Source: the human T2T-CHM13v2.0 reference genome, Homo sapiens. From it: DNA of 64,000 bases. The notes below the pieces were generated by a model. The model saw only the letters and a program-made list of their open reading frames with translations, was not told where the DNA came from and made no database searches. The DNA lies in assembly GCF_009914755.1 (NCBI RefSeq), contig NC_060933.1. The stretch is one strand, 5' to 3'. Both the position numbers and the translations under genes were made by a program. This document shows positions 12,366-24,651 of this stretch, in pieces. The number at the start of each line of letters is the position of its first letter. The stretch's first letter is position 1.

Positions 12366-13307
12366 AGCCATTCAATGGGCATTCTCTTACCATGTTCTTC
12401 AGCCTCCTTGTGTCACTCTATCTCACCTAGCGATGTGCGACCCATTCCTGGGGATACTTTATATTAAAAATCTGGATAGTACAGGCAAATAATCAGCTAC
12501 TCTTAAATTAATTTACCCTGTCTTTGAAGGTCAGGATGGTGCCCTGCTAGTCCCATCAATCCATCCTCTTTTCATCCAACCCATTAGTCCTATCTAAAAA
12601 AGGGAGGGGCCAGAAAAATAATCTGTACTCCCAGACCACATCTTCCAAAATCTCTATTTCATGCAGAGGTAAAGGAGCTTTTGACCTGGCCAGCTAACAC
12701 GGTTTTTATCTCTCAGTGGGAATACAGGGGTGTTCTAGAGGAGAAAAATAGAATGTCCCTTTAGTTGTTAAAGTCTCCTACAAGTTAAGATTTCATATAC
12801 TGTTCTCCTATACTCACATATGCATAAAAACATCAGAAATATATACATCTATATGCCATGCCTTTACATTATTTTCCATTTGAAATAAATCAATTAATGT
12901 TTGTCAATCAGAAAGAATACTAAATGATGTGTAGCGAGTTAAAAATGCCACATTATTTCTGAACAGCTCTAAAATGTTTAAATCATGTAACTCTTTAACC
13001 ATTTTAATTGCAAATACCCACAGAGGAACCTATGCACCAAAATAAATACAAAAACAAAAACTCTTTTCTGTCCCATTTCTTCCTATTCAATCACTCTCAG
13101 CCAGAGGAGAAGCCTGTCAGGACACAGGGGGGTCTGGATCCTTTCTTCAGCAGGTGTAACCTGGGCCATCCTGCCCCAGCACTACTGTATGTCAGCGCTT
13201 CTATATTGTTACCCAGCCTAAAGTTTCTCACGGGCCTCATCTTTTCCGATTTTGTAGAGAATGGGCTGCATTTTTATGCTGGAGCATAAGAGAAAGCCTC
13301 CAGGTAG

Positions 13308-13684
<377 letters not shown>

Positions 13685-14706
13685 ATAATTCCCTCTTTAT
13701 ACCAGAGTCAGCTGCTTATGAAATTCTGTAGCTATCTGCAAAATTATTTATCAAACCACTTAAAGCATGTGTATTCTACTTTGTGAAATGTGTGATTCTG
13801 CCAATGTTAGGCCACTTTAGCAATGGGAAGACCATCCAGGAAGGAGTGAGTCATCCTCCCAGTGCCCATGCTTTTGAATTGCGCTATATTCGTGAAACTT
13901 GTATTCACCGCCATCCTCTTCCCTTCCCCCACCCCAGATGTTCAGAGTGAGTGGATTTGTCTGGATAAATGCAGAGAAGGCTTCCTGTGCCTCAGCTGCT
14001 GTTTTACATTCTGCTGTTCTTCCTTGCACCTCACCAGAGTGACCAATCTGAGAAACCCAGGAGCTGTGCTCCTCCGAGAAAAAGAGAAGCTGAAGAGCCC
14101 TCACTGACGTAGGTCATCTTATTTCCTGTTTTACTTATATACTCCTCTTTACAGACAGTTAGTTGAAGTGGAGACAAGAGAATGTAAGGGTGAAGCCAAT
14201 TGGGGAATTCAACAGGAAGTGTTTCATTTTGCTTTGTTTTTACCTTATCAGTTTGGTCTATTAAAGAATCAGGGTTTGAAGCAGAGGCTCATGACCCTTC
14301 TCACAGAGACTTCCGTGCTTTTTTCCCAGATCCAAGGCACATGGACATACCACAGTACAGGTCCCTGCTGAAAACACAGAAAATGCAGAAGAATCCCCGG
14401 AACACAAGTGACCACCAGAGCGCTGTACTGCACTTTTTCTAGCCCTGCACCAAGACAGAGGCTTAATTTAGTCCAGAGATTCAGAAGGGAAATCCAGAAT
14501 AAGCTAAACCTAATGGAGTGAAAAAAGAGAACATTCTCATCTCTTTAGCTTTGGCAAGATGCCAGACAACCTGTGCCAATATCCCAGAATCCATCACCTG
14601 TCGAGCTTTTACTAGAAACATCAGGTTTCCCACATCCTGGGGTACAAAATTCATCCTCAATGCTGGTTACCTGCCCCATGCAGATGCTGGCATTTAAAAT
14701 GTTTTG

Positions 14707-15117
<411 letters not shown>

Positions 15118-15527
15118 TTAAAAATTTAAAACCTCAGTTCTCCTTTAAATTTATTCTGAGGCCCTGGTTTCCTGCCACCGCAAAATTCAGTTATGCTTGT
15201 GCTTTCTGTCACATAAAAAGCAAATAAGTTAATTTCATGGCCTTATATTTCTCATAATCTCATCCCTTCTGATCTTTTCCACATACTTCTCCAACGCATC
15301 TGGAGCATGGGGGGTTTCTTTCATCAGCATCTTCCAAGCCCGTGTCCTCAGGAGGCAAGGAAAAAGCAGTGTGATTCCTTCCATGTGTTCATATGCTTGC
15401 AAGAGAGACACCAGAGATGAATCACGAAAAACACGCCAAAGGAAAGAGAGCACTTCCCAAGACCTAGAAAGGAGTTGAGGTAAGTCATCTATTCATAGAC
15501 CACAACTTTGTCCTCCAGCCCTAAGAA

Positions 15528-16018
15528 TAAAGGTTTTCAACCTTGGCTATACCTTAGATTTTTAAGAGTACCTAGGGTACTCTTAAAAAATGCCTATCCT
15601 GGGCCAGGCGTGGTGGCTCACGCCTATAATCCCAGCACTTTGGGTGGCCGAGGCGGGCGGATTGCTATGTTGGCCAGGCGGGAGTTTGAGACCAGCCTTG
15701 CCAACATAGTGAAACCTCTTCTCTGTGAAAAATACAAAAATTTAGCTGGGTGTGGTGGTAGGAACCTGTAATCCCAGCTACTTGGGAGGCTCAGGCAGCA
15801 GAATCGCTTGAACCTGAGAGGCGGAGGTTGCAGTGAGCTGAGATCACGTCACTGCACTCCAGCCCAGGCGACAGTGCAAGACCCGGTCTCAAAAAAAAAA
15901 AAAAAAAAAAAAAAATTCTTATCCTGAACCACGTAAGTAAGAATCTCTGGAGTGTTTTGTTTTGTTTTTAAATTCCTCAGGTGATTCTAATATGCAGTCA
16001 TAGTTGAGAATCATTGCC
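15528..16018. mobile_element. MER5-family hAT MITE split by an Alu
   Basis: ggttttcaaccttggct.. start and ..caggtgattctaatatgcagtcatagttgagaatcattg end. Confidence 0.7.
15602..15915 (+). mobile_element. AluS with local inverted templated insertion
   Basis: Full dimer, 25-nt poly(A), diverged TSD aaaaat(gc/tct)tatcctg; anomalous segment at 15665-15680. Confidence 0.92.
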
Positions 16019-16540
16019 TTGGTATGACAGACCAAAGTTGTCCCCTAAGAAATCTATTTTATTTTCTCCTGAGCCATATATTATGAAACTCTTCCGTCTT
16101 GAAGTGGAAGGAGATGGGTAACTTCGAGTTCCCCATACATCTCTGTAATCCTCCATCAGAGGTAAGAGAATGCGTCCTACAAATGTACTACCTGAATACC
16201 AGAATATTAAAGAGTGAGTATTCACAAACACACCCCATACATGAATTATGTACATATGTGTAAATTACATATGATAATTAGGAAATGTTGTTTTAGCCAC
16301 TGGAAGTACAGAAAAATTATTTCATGGTACTAACATGGCTTTTATCCATTCTAACTTTATTGAAAATGAAGCATAGCTATTCTGAAGAAGTTAGGAGAGT
16401 AAATGTGCTGACTTCTTAATGAAAGGAAAAGGGGAAATAACTCCATAAACTTTATTGCAAATATTCTTAAGAAAAAGATAAAAATTAAAACTTTAAGCAT
16501 GCATTCCTAATTACTTAATTTCAAACATTTCATTATTTCT

Positions 16541-16905
<365 letters not shown>

Positions 16906-17599
16906 TGATTGTTCTTATTTGTTGAACATGACCCTAAATGAATTTCATGAGCATGAGCCTCTTGGGATTCTAAATGCAAGAATTCTGTGTTGATGCTCCA
17001 GATGGGGCATATAATCTTTGGGACCTTCTCCTTAGCAAAAATGAGTTTCTCCTTTCCAAAAAAGTATATTTATCTAAACTACTAAGGATTTCGTTGGAGA
17101 CGTTCTTTTAGAAAAATTATGCAAAGCAGCCTTCCTAGAAGTAATCAATAAACTTCGATAACATCTACACGCCCAACAGCTTCTGCATCTCTGCAATGTT
17201 TTCGTTCCCCCTCTATCTATTCTATATCTGGTTGCCTTCTTTCCACATATATGTAAATGAGGAGACACATAATAGTTTACATAAAAATTCTTTCTCTCCT
17301 TTTAAATTATGTTCTGATCTTATAGTTTAAATCCAGAGAATGTGTTGTACAGACAACTCAGAATGAACTTTTTGCTTTTCGGTCTCTTTTGGATGATTTT
17401 GCTCATTGCAACATAGTAATTAGAAGGATAATCAATATTTCCACTCAAGCCTCTCAAGCCTAAGAATTATCTCCCACAAACTAATAAGCTAACGGGAAAT
17501 TCTGTGTTTGATATTACTTTTTGAATTTTCTGTGTTAGTACAACAAAAAGTAATAAATTTGAAAGTCATTAGATTTGATAGGCTGTAGGCCAAAAATGC

Positions 17600-19050
17600 T
17601 CACTGCTATGGCACATAGATAAATAAGTAAATAGATAAATTAATACATAAAGACAAAGGATACTATGTCTCAGTTGCAAATTTAAGGAAATAGATCAATG
17701 AAATGGCACAGAAATTTCTGAAACAAACACCAGAATAGTTAAGAATTTAGTGCATAATAAAGATTGCATTTCACATCAGTGGAAAAAGAAGGATTGTTTA
17801 ATAAACATGCTAGGATAATAGCTTACTTATGAAAAAATATAAACTTAGATTTCTGATGGATTTAAGAGATAAATATACATGCTAGGATAATAGCTTACTT
17901 ATGAAAAAAATATAAACTTAGATTTCTGATGGATTTAAGAGATAAATATAAAGAGATTAAATCATAAATAAGTCCAAAGAATATATAGATAAACATTTAT
18001 AAGATTGTAGGGTAGGAAGGAATATTTTAAGGCTGAACACAAAGGAAGAAACCACAAAGAAAATGTTAAATTATTTGATCATATAGCAATTACCACTTTT
18101 ATTCATCAAAAACTCACACATAAAATAAAAAATAAAAATAACAAATTAGAAAATAGTAGGAAAAAAATTGAATTATCCTTATATATAAATCACTCTTATA
18201 AGTCCATATTAGCAAGACAACTGGAAATATGGACAAAGGATAATGGAAAATAATTTACAAAAGAATAAGTTCAGATGGACATCAAACATATGAAAAACTA
18301 TTCAACCACAATTGTAATTATGGAAATATGCTTTATAACAAAAGCAAGAAACTTTCTTTTGTATTTCATGTTGGCAAAAATTAATGAATATATGTATATT
18401 CATCCCCAGAACTGGCTAAGGCTGATTTGGCAGACACAAAACACATGTGCTTCCATGCTTCCATCCTTCATTGAGGTTAAGCATCACTAATTTATCTTAG
18501 CATTCTTTGCTGCCATATTCAGATGTGGTCTTGCAGTCATTCTCAAAAAGGAGTACCAGGTCAACATTGATATTTAATCAATGATGGTACTCTAGATGAA
18601 ATCTAATTGCCCTTCCCAGGGTTTGAAGAAAGTGGAGCTCTTCTACATGGTTAGTCCTTGACAGTCTGATTCAATAATATGATCTTTTTCTTAAAGCTAT
18701 GATAATGGCCATATCCTTTAGCTAGAAATCTTTTCTAAGGAAATAGTCAGAGATGAGCACATGCATTCATATATGATAGAATTTACAGTACAATTACAAA
18801 AGTGAAATGTTGGAAATCTTGGAAACAACTTTTATATATAATAATAAGAGAATGGTTGAAGTATATTAAATATAAAGAAAAATACATAGTTATGCTTATG
18901 TTTTCAAAACTAATGTTAAAAATGCTAAATACGTACTGTTAAATTGATACACAGTTGTGCAATTTTTTTAACGTGCACATAGAAAAGATGAGAAGAAACA
19001 TACAAGTATGTGATGACATTTATCTTAAGGTAGAACAATAGTTATTGATT
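17600..19050 (+). mobile_element. Ancient L1M ORF2/3' fragments
   Basis: Degenerate L1 motifs (ggattgtttaataaa, gatggatttaagagataaatat, tggacaaagga, acatatgaaaaactattcaacc). Confidence 0.65.
17805..17949. repeat. 72/73-bp near-perfect tandem duplication
   Basis: 17805-17876 and 17877-17949 are identical except for one extra A in an A-run. Confidence 0.95.
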
Positions 19051-19224
19051 GTCACTTATTTGTTATATTTTAAACTATAGAAAGTAATTAAGCTACAGAT
19101 TATAAATTTGTATCTATATGCAGATAGATATTATAAAATGTCCATCAGTTGTGTCCTATAGCTAAATAATGTAATATCGTAAACCTCCTGAAATGTCCAT
19201 ATTTAACATAAAGGAGTTTTTCAA

Positions 19225-19700
19225 ATTTTGGCTTTATGTGACAGACCGTCCTAAACTTAATGACGTAAAGTGATAATGTCTTACTATCATCCTTGATTCT
19301 ATGTGTTGACTGGAATCAGTTGAGTGGTTCTCACTTGGGATTTCTCATGTGATGGCATTTAGACAGCGGCTGGGTCTGGAGTGATCTAAAGGCTAAAATG
19401 AGCAAGATGTCCAGATGTCCAGGATTCTCCAAGAGAATAGCTTGGACTTTTTCTACGGTTGCTCAAAGCTCCAAAGACAGGAAGCAGAAACTGCTGGATC
19501 TATTAAGAGTGATGGCTGGTACTGACATGCCATCACTTCCACCATATTCTAATGGCCAAAGCCGATATAAGGCCAATCCAAGAAAGAGGTAGAAAAATGG
19601 ACTCCACCTCTTGATAAGAGAGTAGCCAGGTCACACTGCAGAAGAGCAGGTGGAATGGAAAATATTATCATGGACCACTTTGTAAAATACTCTCTGCCAC
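19225..19700 (-). mobile_element. MLT1 (H/I/J-like) LTR
   Basis: catcacttccaccatattct..gactccacctcttgat..ctttgtaaaatactctctgccac. Confidence 0.7.
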
Positions 19701-20305
19701 TCATTATTAGAAGGAAATTTGTCTCTTTTAGAGATCTCCTTCTTTTTTTCAATTTGCCAGCCCGATACCCAAGTATTCTATTCCTTCAAAGAGCTTTAAT
19801 GTGCTCAGTGGATCTTAAGCTGATATAAAGTCTAAAAAAATAGGAATGTCTCTTACTTCTCCACTTGATAAAGGACCAATTTGAAGTAGCTTAATTTATC
19901 CTTTGCAGAAGTGTGATTTGATCTCAGACTCACAAATTTCAACAGTTTAAAATGAAGTAACATACTCCACTAACTTCTGTTCACCCTAATTGTGCCTTGT
20001 TTTCCTCCAGCCAGATGTTTCTTATAATTAATTTGCCTAATAATATTCAGACTAGGAAACCATTCTGCATTAAAATGATGCACTAAACATACCCACACTT
20101 ACTTTCCATATCCTTGGCTCTTTCTAGATCTACCTTGCAGTTTTCAACATACTTAATCTCTTTTGAATCCAGATGGAATCTATGTTTACCAGGAAAGAAA
20201 ACAAAACCTGTAACAGTATTTTATATTCTTTCATTTACATGGAAAAGATATGAAGATATAATATGTGCTTAAAAATTATACACACAAGGCAGTGGTTTAA
20301 GACAG

Positions 20306-20898
20306 TGTGGCAGGCAACTTCCAAAATGGCCCCAAATTAGCTCCGCTTCCTGATATTCATTGTGCTGTATAATTCCTTCCCTTTGAATGAGGGGCTGGCC
20401 TTAATGATTCACTTCCAACAAATAAAATATGGTTAAAATGTTGGGATGTCACTTTCAAGATTACGTTACAAAAAAAGACTCTGTTTTGCTTTTTTCTCAC
20501 TCTCTTTCACTCTATCTCTCTCTCACTCTGAGGAAGGCCAGTTGCCATGTTGTGAGATGTCCTAAGGAAAGGCCCATATGGCAAGGAACTGATGTCTCTG
20601 ACCAACAGCCAACAAGGACCTGTAGCATGTAAGCAGCCACGTAGTGAGCTTGGAAGTGGAGCTTCTGAAACCTGTTTACAGCCGTATGAGTGGCCTTGGA
20701 AGCCGGTCCTCTCCCTGTCAAGCCTTGAGATGACTGCAGCCCTGGGTGGTACCCTGATTGACTGCAGCCTTATGAGATGCCTTCAGCCAGAAAACCCAGT
20801 TAAGTGACACCAGGAATCCTGAACCACAGAAAATGTCACATACTAAATGTTTGTGTTAAGCTACTAAGTTTTAGGATAATTTGTCATGGAAGCAGCAA
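20306..20898 (+). mobile_element. MLT1E/F-like LTR
   Basis: tgtggcaggca..ccaaaatggcccc start; gccatgttgtgag; taagctactaagttttaggataatttgtca end. Confidence 0.8.
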
Positions 20899-22502
20899 TC
20901 TGGGCAGCAGCAAAGCCCAGAGAGAGAGCTCATTTCTCTGACTAGATGAACAAAGAAAAGGGACACCTATGGTCCAAAGAGTATGGAGGGGATCATCATT
21001 GTTCTCTCTGTCTCTCTTTCTCTCTCTCTCTCTCTTTCTTGCTACTTCATCATGAGGAGCATCTCAGCTGCACAGACTACACACAGAGTAAGGGGCTAAA
21101 ACTCAGATACCATGGCTTTCTGGTTAGAGAAATGTGCTCAACAGATCTTATGGTCCCTATGGAAAAGGGACCATAAGAAAAGGAACCATAAGAGCCAGAG
21201 AGTGTGATAGGAAATGCCAGGTAGGGGAGAGCTGGAGAAAGATATCCCCTAATTCTATGTATGCACTAACATAAGTTCTCACTATGACCTGCAAATGCAT
21301 GGAACAGACGCAAAGAAGCATAGCTTTGAAAAGTGAACTACAGTATAAACCACCAGCTATATCTCAGACTAACCCAATGAGGTACACGCACGGAGCGAAC
21401 CCAAGCAGCATAGAAAAGGCTTTGAAAACTATAACTGCCACCCATAAAAGGAGAGACAGAGCTCATGGTCTAAACCTAACTGGGCAAAAACAAAAACAAA
21501 TTGACATCTCCAACAGGTTTTCACATGCCCACGAATCTCACAATATAATCATCAAAGTTTTCAGCATACAACCCAAAATTACTTTAAAAAGATAGAAAAA
21601 TCTGATCACTTTTCAAGGAAAAAGATAATCAACAAGTGCAAACCCTGAGATGGCCTAGATATTTGAATTATCAGACAAAAATGTTAAAGCCGTTGTTATA
21701 AAATGCTCCATAAGGTAAAGGTGAACACTTTTAAATGAGCAGCAAAGTGAAAGTTTTGAGCAGAAAAACTATGAACATCAATGAAATGGAAATTTAAAAA
21801 CTGAAAAATAGAATATAAAATTTTTTTTAATTACTGGATGGGCTTAATGGCATAGGGGAAATGACAGAGGAAATAGCATTGAATTTGAAAGTAGGAAAAT
21901 ATAAATTATCAAATCAGAAAAACAAAATGACAGAAAAGATTTTTAAAAAAAGAACAGAGTCTCTGGTACCTGTAGAAGAATATCAAAGATATTTGCGTCA
22001 TTCAAATCCTAGAAAAAGAGGAGAAATAGATTACTGCCAAGTATTTTTTGAAGAAATATAGGTGAACACTTTGTAAGTTTTATGAATTTAAGACACAAAT
22101 TTACAGATTCAAGAAGTTCTGAGAACCCCACATAGAATAAACTCAGAGAAAACCATGCTAATACACATAATTAACTACTTAACCAAAGATTTAAATATTT
22201 ATATATAGAGAGAGTGGTCAGTGACAAATAACACATTACATTCAGGGGAACAACAATTTTCTTATCAAAAGCTGTGGAGGCTAGAGATAGGGAAATACCA
22301 ACCTTCAAGTGCTAAAAGGGAAAAAAAATTGCCAGCTCCTAAGCCTATATTCAATGAAAAGACCTTCAGGAATGATAGCAAACTAGAGACATTTTCAGCT
22401 GATCGAAAGCTTGAAGAATTGGTAGGCAGCAGACCTGCTTTAAAATAAATGTAGAAGGAAGCGCTTTAGAAAAACAGAAATGTAGATATTAAGGTAAACA
22501 TA

Positions 22503-22738
22503 CAATCATCCCTCAATACATACAGGTGATTGGTTCCAAACCACTACATATACCAAAATTTGCGTATACTCAAGTCCGGCATTTGGCCCGGTAGAATCCA
22601 CGTATACAAAAAGTTGGCACTCATGATTTGCAGGGTTTAGATCTTCAGTACTGTATTTTCGATTCACATCTGGTTGAAAAAAGTCTGTGTATAAGTGGAC
22701 CCACACAGTTCAAACATGTATTGTTCAAAGGTCAACTC
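22503..22738. mobile_element. MER8 (Tigger-derived MITE)
   Basis: 236 bp flanked by TA on both sides; terminal gttcaaa..ttgttcaaaggtcaact. Confidence 0.8.
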
Positions 22739-24121
22739 TAAAAGCCTATTTTTCTACTTTTAAGTTCTTTAAGTAAGTAGAATTATCAAAAGCCAAAATT
22801 ATAATATTGTCTGGTGGGGGTTTCCATGTGAGTAAATGAATATATATTATATATATAATATGCACAGATATTATATCATTATTATTATATTATGTAATAT
22901 AATTATATGGCCATAGGCAAGTTGCCTCACCTCTCTGAGTATTGGTGTTTTCATTTATACAACAGGGATAGTAATCCTAAGCCTAACCCTAATATTATAT
23001 TAACATAACTAATAATATAATATTATATATAAGTATTATATTATATATATTATATATATTCACTACATAAAGAAGAGAGCATAAAGGGACCAGGTAAGAT
23101 TTCTACATTTCTATATGTTCTAATTAAAAAACAGACTATCAAATTCAATTTTTAAAAAGACAATTATGTGACTACAGGAAACACATTTAAATATAGATAT
23201 ATAGATAGATAAAATAAGAGAAAGATAAAAGATACATCATGAAAACACCAATCAAAAGAATACTGGAGTTGCTTTATTAATATCAGATAGAATAGACTTC
23301 AGAATTAAAAATATTATCAGGGATAAGAAAAGACATTAAATACTGAGGAAGGGGTGAATTGTCCGAGAATATGTAATAATCCTAAATGTGTATGCTCCTG
23401 ACAACAGGCATCAAACTATGTGAAGCAAAAACTGAGAGAACTGAAAGAAGAAATAGGAAAATTAACAAATCTATTTGAAGATATCTACACTCAGGAATTA
23501 GAAGAACTAGACAGAAAAATCAATAAAGATATAGAAGACTAAAACAACACTAGTTGACATTTATAGAATACACCACCCAACATTAGCATAATACACAATA
23601 TTTTCAACTGTTCATGGAATATTCATCAAGAAAGACCATATGCTGGGCCATAACACAAGCCTTAATTGATTTACAATAATTGGAATCATGCAAAGTATGT
23701 GCTCTAACCTTTAAGGAATTAAATAGAAATCAATAACAGAAATACATCTGGAAAATCCCAAAATATGTGGAAATTAAAAAATCCATGAGCCAAAGAGAAA
23801 ACCTCAAGGGATATTAGAAAATATTTTGAACTAACTAAAAATGAAAATACAACATATCATAATTTATGAAATACATGAAAAGATCATTAAATGCTCATAT
23901 TAAAAAAGAAGGAAGGTCTCAAATTTGTTAGCCTCTTAAGAAACTAGTAAAAAAAAAAAAAAAAATCAAATTAAACCCCAAACAAGCAGAAGGGTAGAAA
24001 TGATATATATAAAAACAGAAATAAATGAAGTGGAAAACAGAAAAATAGTAGAGAAAAATCAATGAAACCAAAAGGTGGTTCTCTAAGTAAAACTCTATGC
24101 AGACATTCTATGGGTGGTGGG

Positions 24122-24651
24122 TATTATAAATAAAGTTTCGGTACCGCAAAAGAAATAGCACTCGAATATAAAATTTTCTTTTTAATTATCAGCAAGGCAA
24201 GGTACTTCTATAGAAGGGTGCGCCCTTACAGACGGAGCAATGGTGAGTGCACACCTGGACAAGGGAGGGAAAGGGGTTCTTACCCCGACACACATGGCCT
24301 CTGATGCTGTGTCGTTCCCCTATTGGCTAGGGTTAGACCGCACAGGCTAAACTAATTCTGATTGGCTACTTTAAAGAGAGTGACAGGGTGAGTGGTTTGG
24401 GAGGAAAAATGGTTATGACAGAGCAGTTAATCGGAATGAGTGAGGGTGGAGTAGGTAATCGGAATCAGTCATGGTGGAGCAGGTAATCAGAATGAGTCAG
24501 GGTGGAGCAGGTGATTGAAATGAGTCAGAGTGGAGCAGGTAATCGAAAAAGGTTGCTTTATGAGGAAGTTAAGTTTAAAAGTAGAAGGCAAAGAATTGAA
24601 CATACTGACATATTGATTCTTTGAAAAGAAATTTAGAACTCATATCTAACA
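24122..24651 (-). mobile_element. LTR10 (LTR10F/A-like, HERV-I) solo LTR
   Basis: Minus strand begins TGTTAGATATGAGTTCTAAATTTCTTTTCAAAGAATCAATATGTCAG; 4-bp TSD tggg; internal 28-bp tandem array. Confidence 0.9.
24421..24548. promoter_or_regulatory. 28-bp tandem array with AP-1 motifs
   Basis: About 4.5 copies of GAGCAGGTAATCGGAATGAGTCAGGGTG; intact TGAGTCA at 24493-24499 and 24521-24527. Confidence 0.75.

Noticed and set aside
17080-17165. Protein-like stretch KDFVGDVLLEKLCKAAFLEVINKLR
   Set aside because: It is bounded by stops, has no convincing acceptor or start, and I recognise no homology.
24421-24548. Regularly spaced 28-bp repeats resembling a CRISPR array
   Set aside because: The units are contiguous with no unique spacers and lie inside a retroviral LTR in primate DNA.
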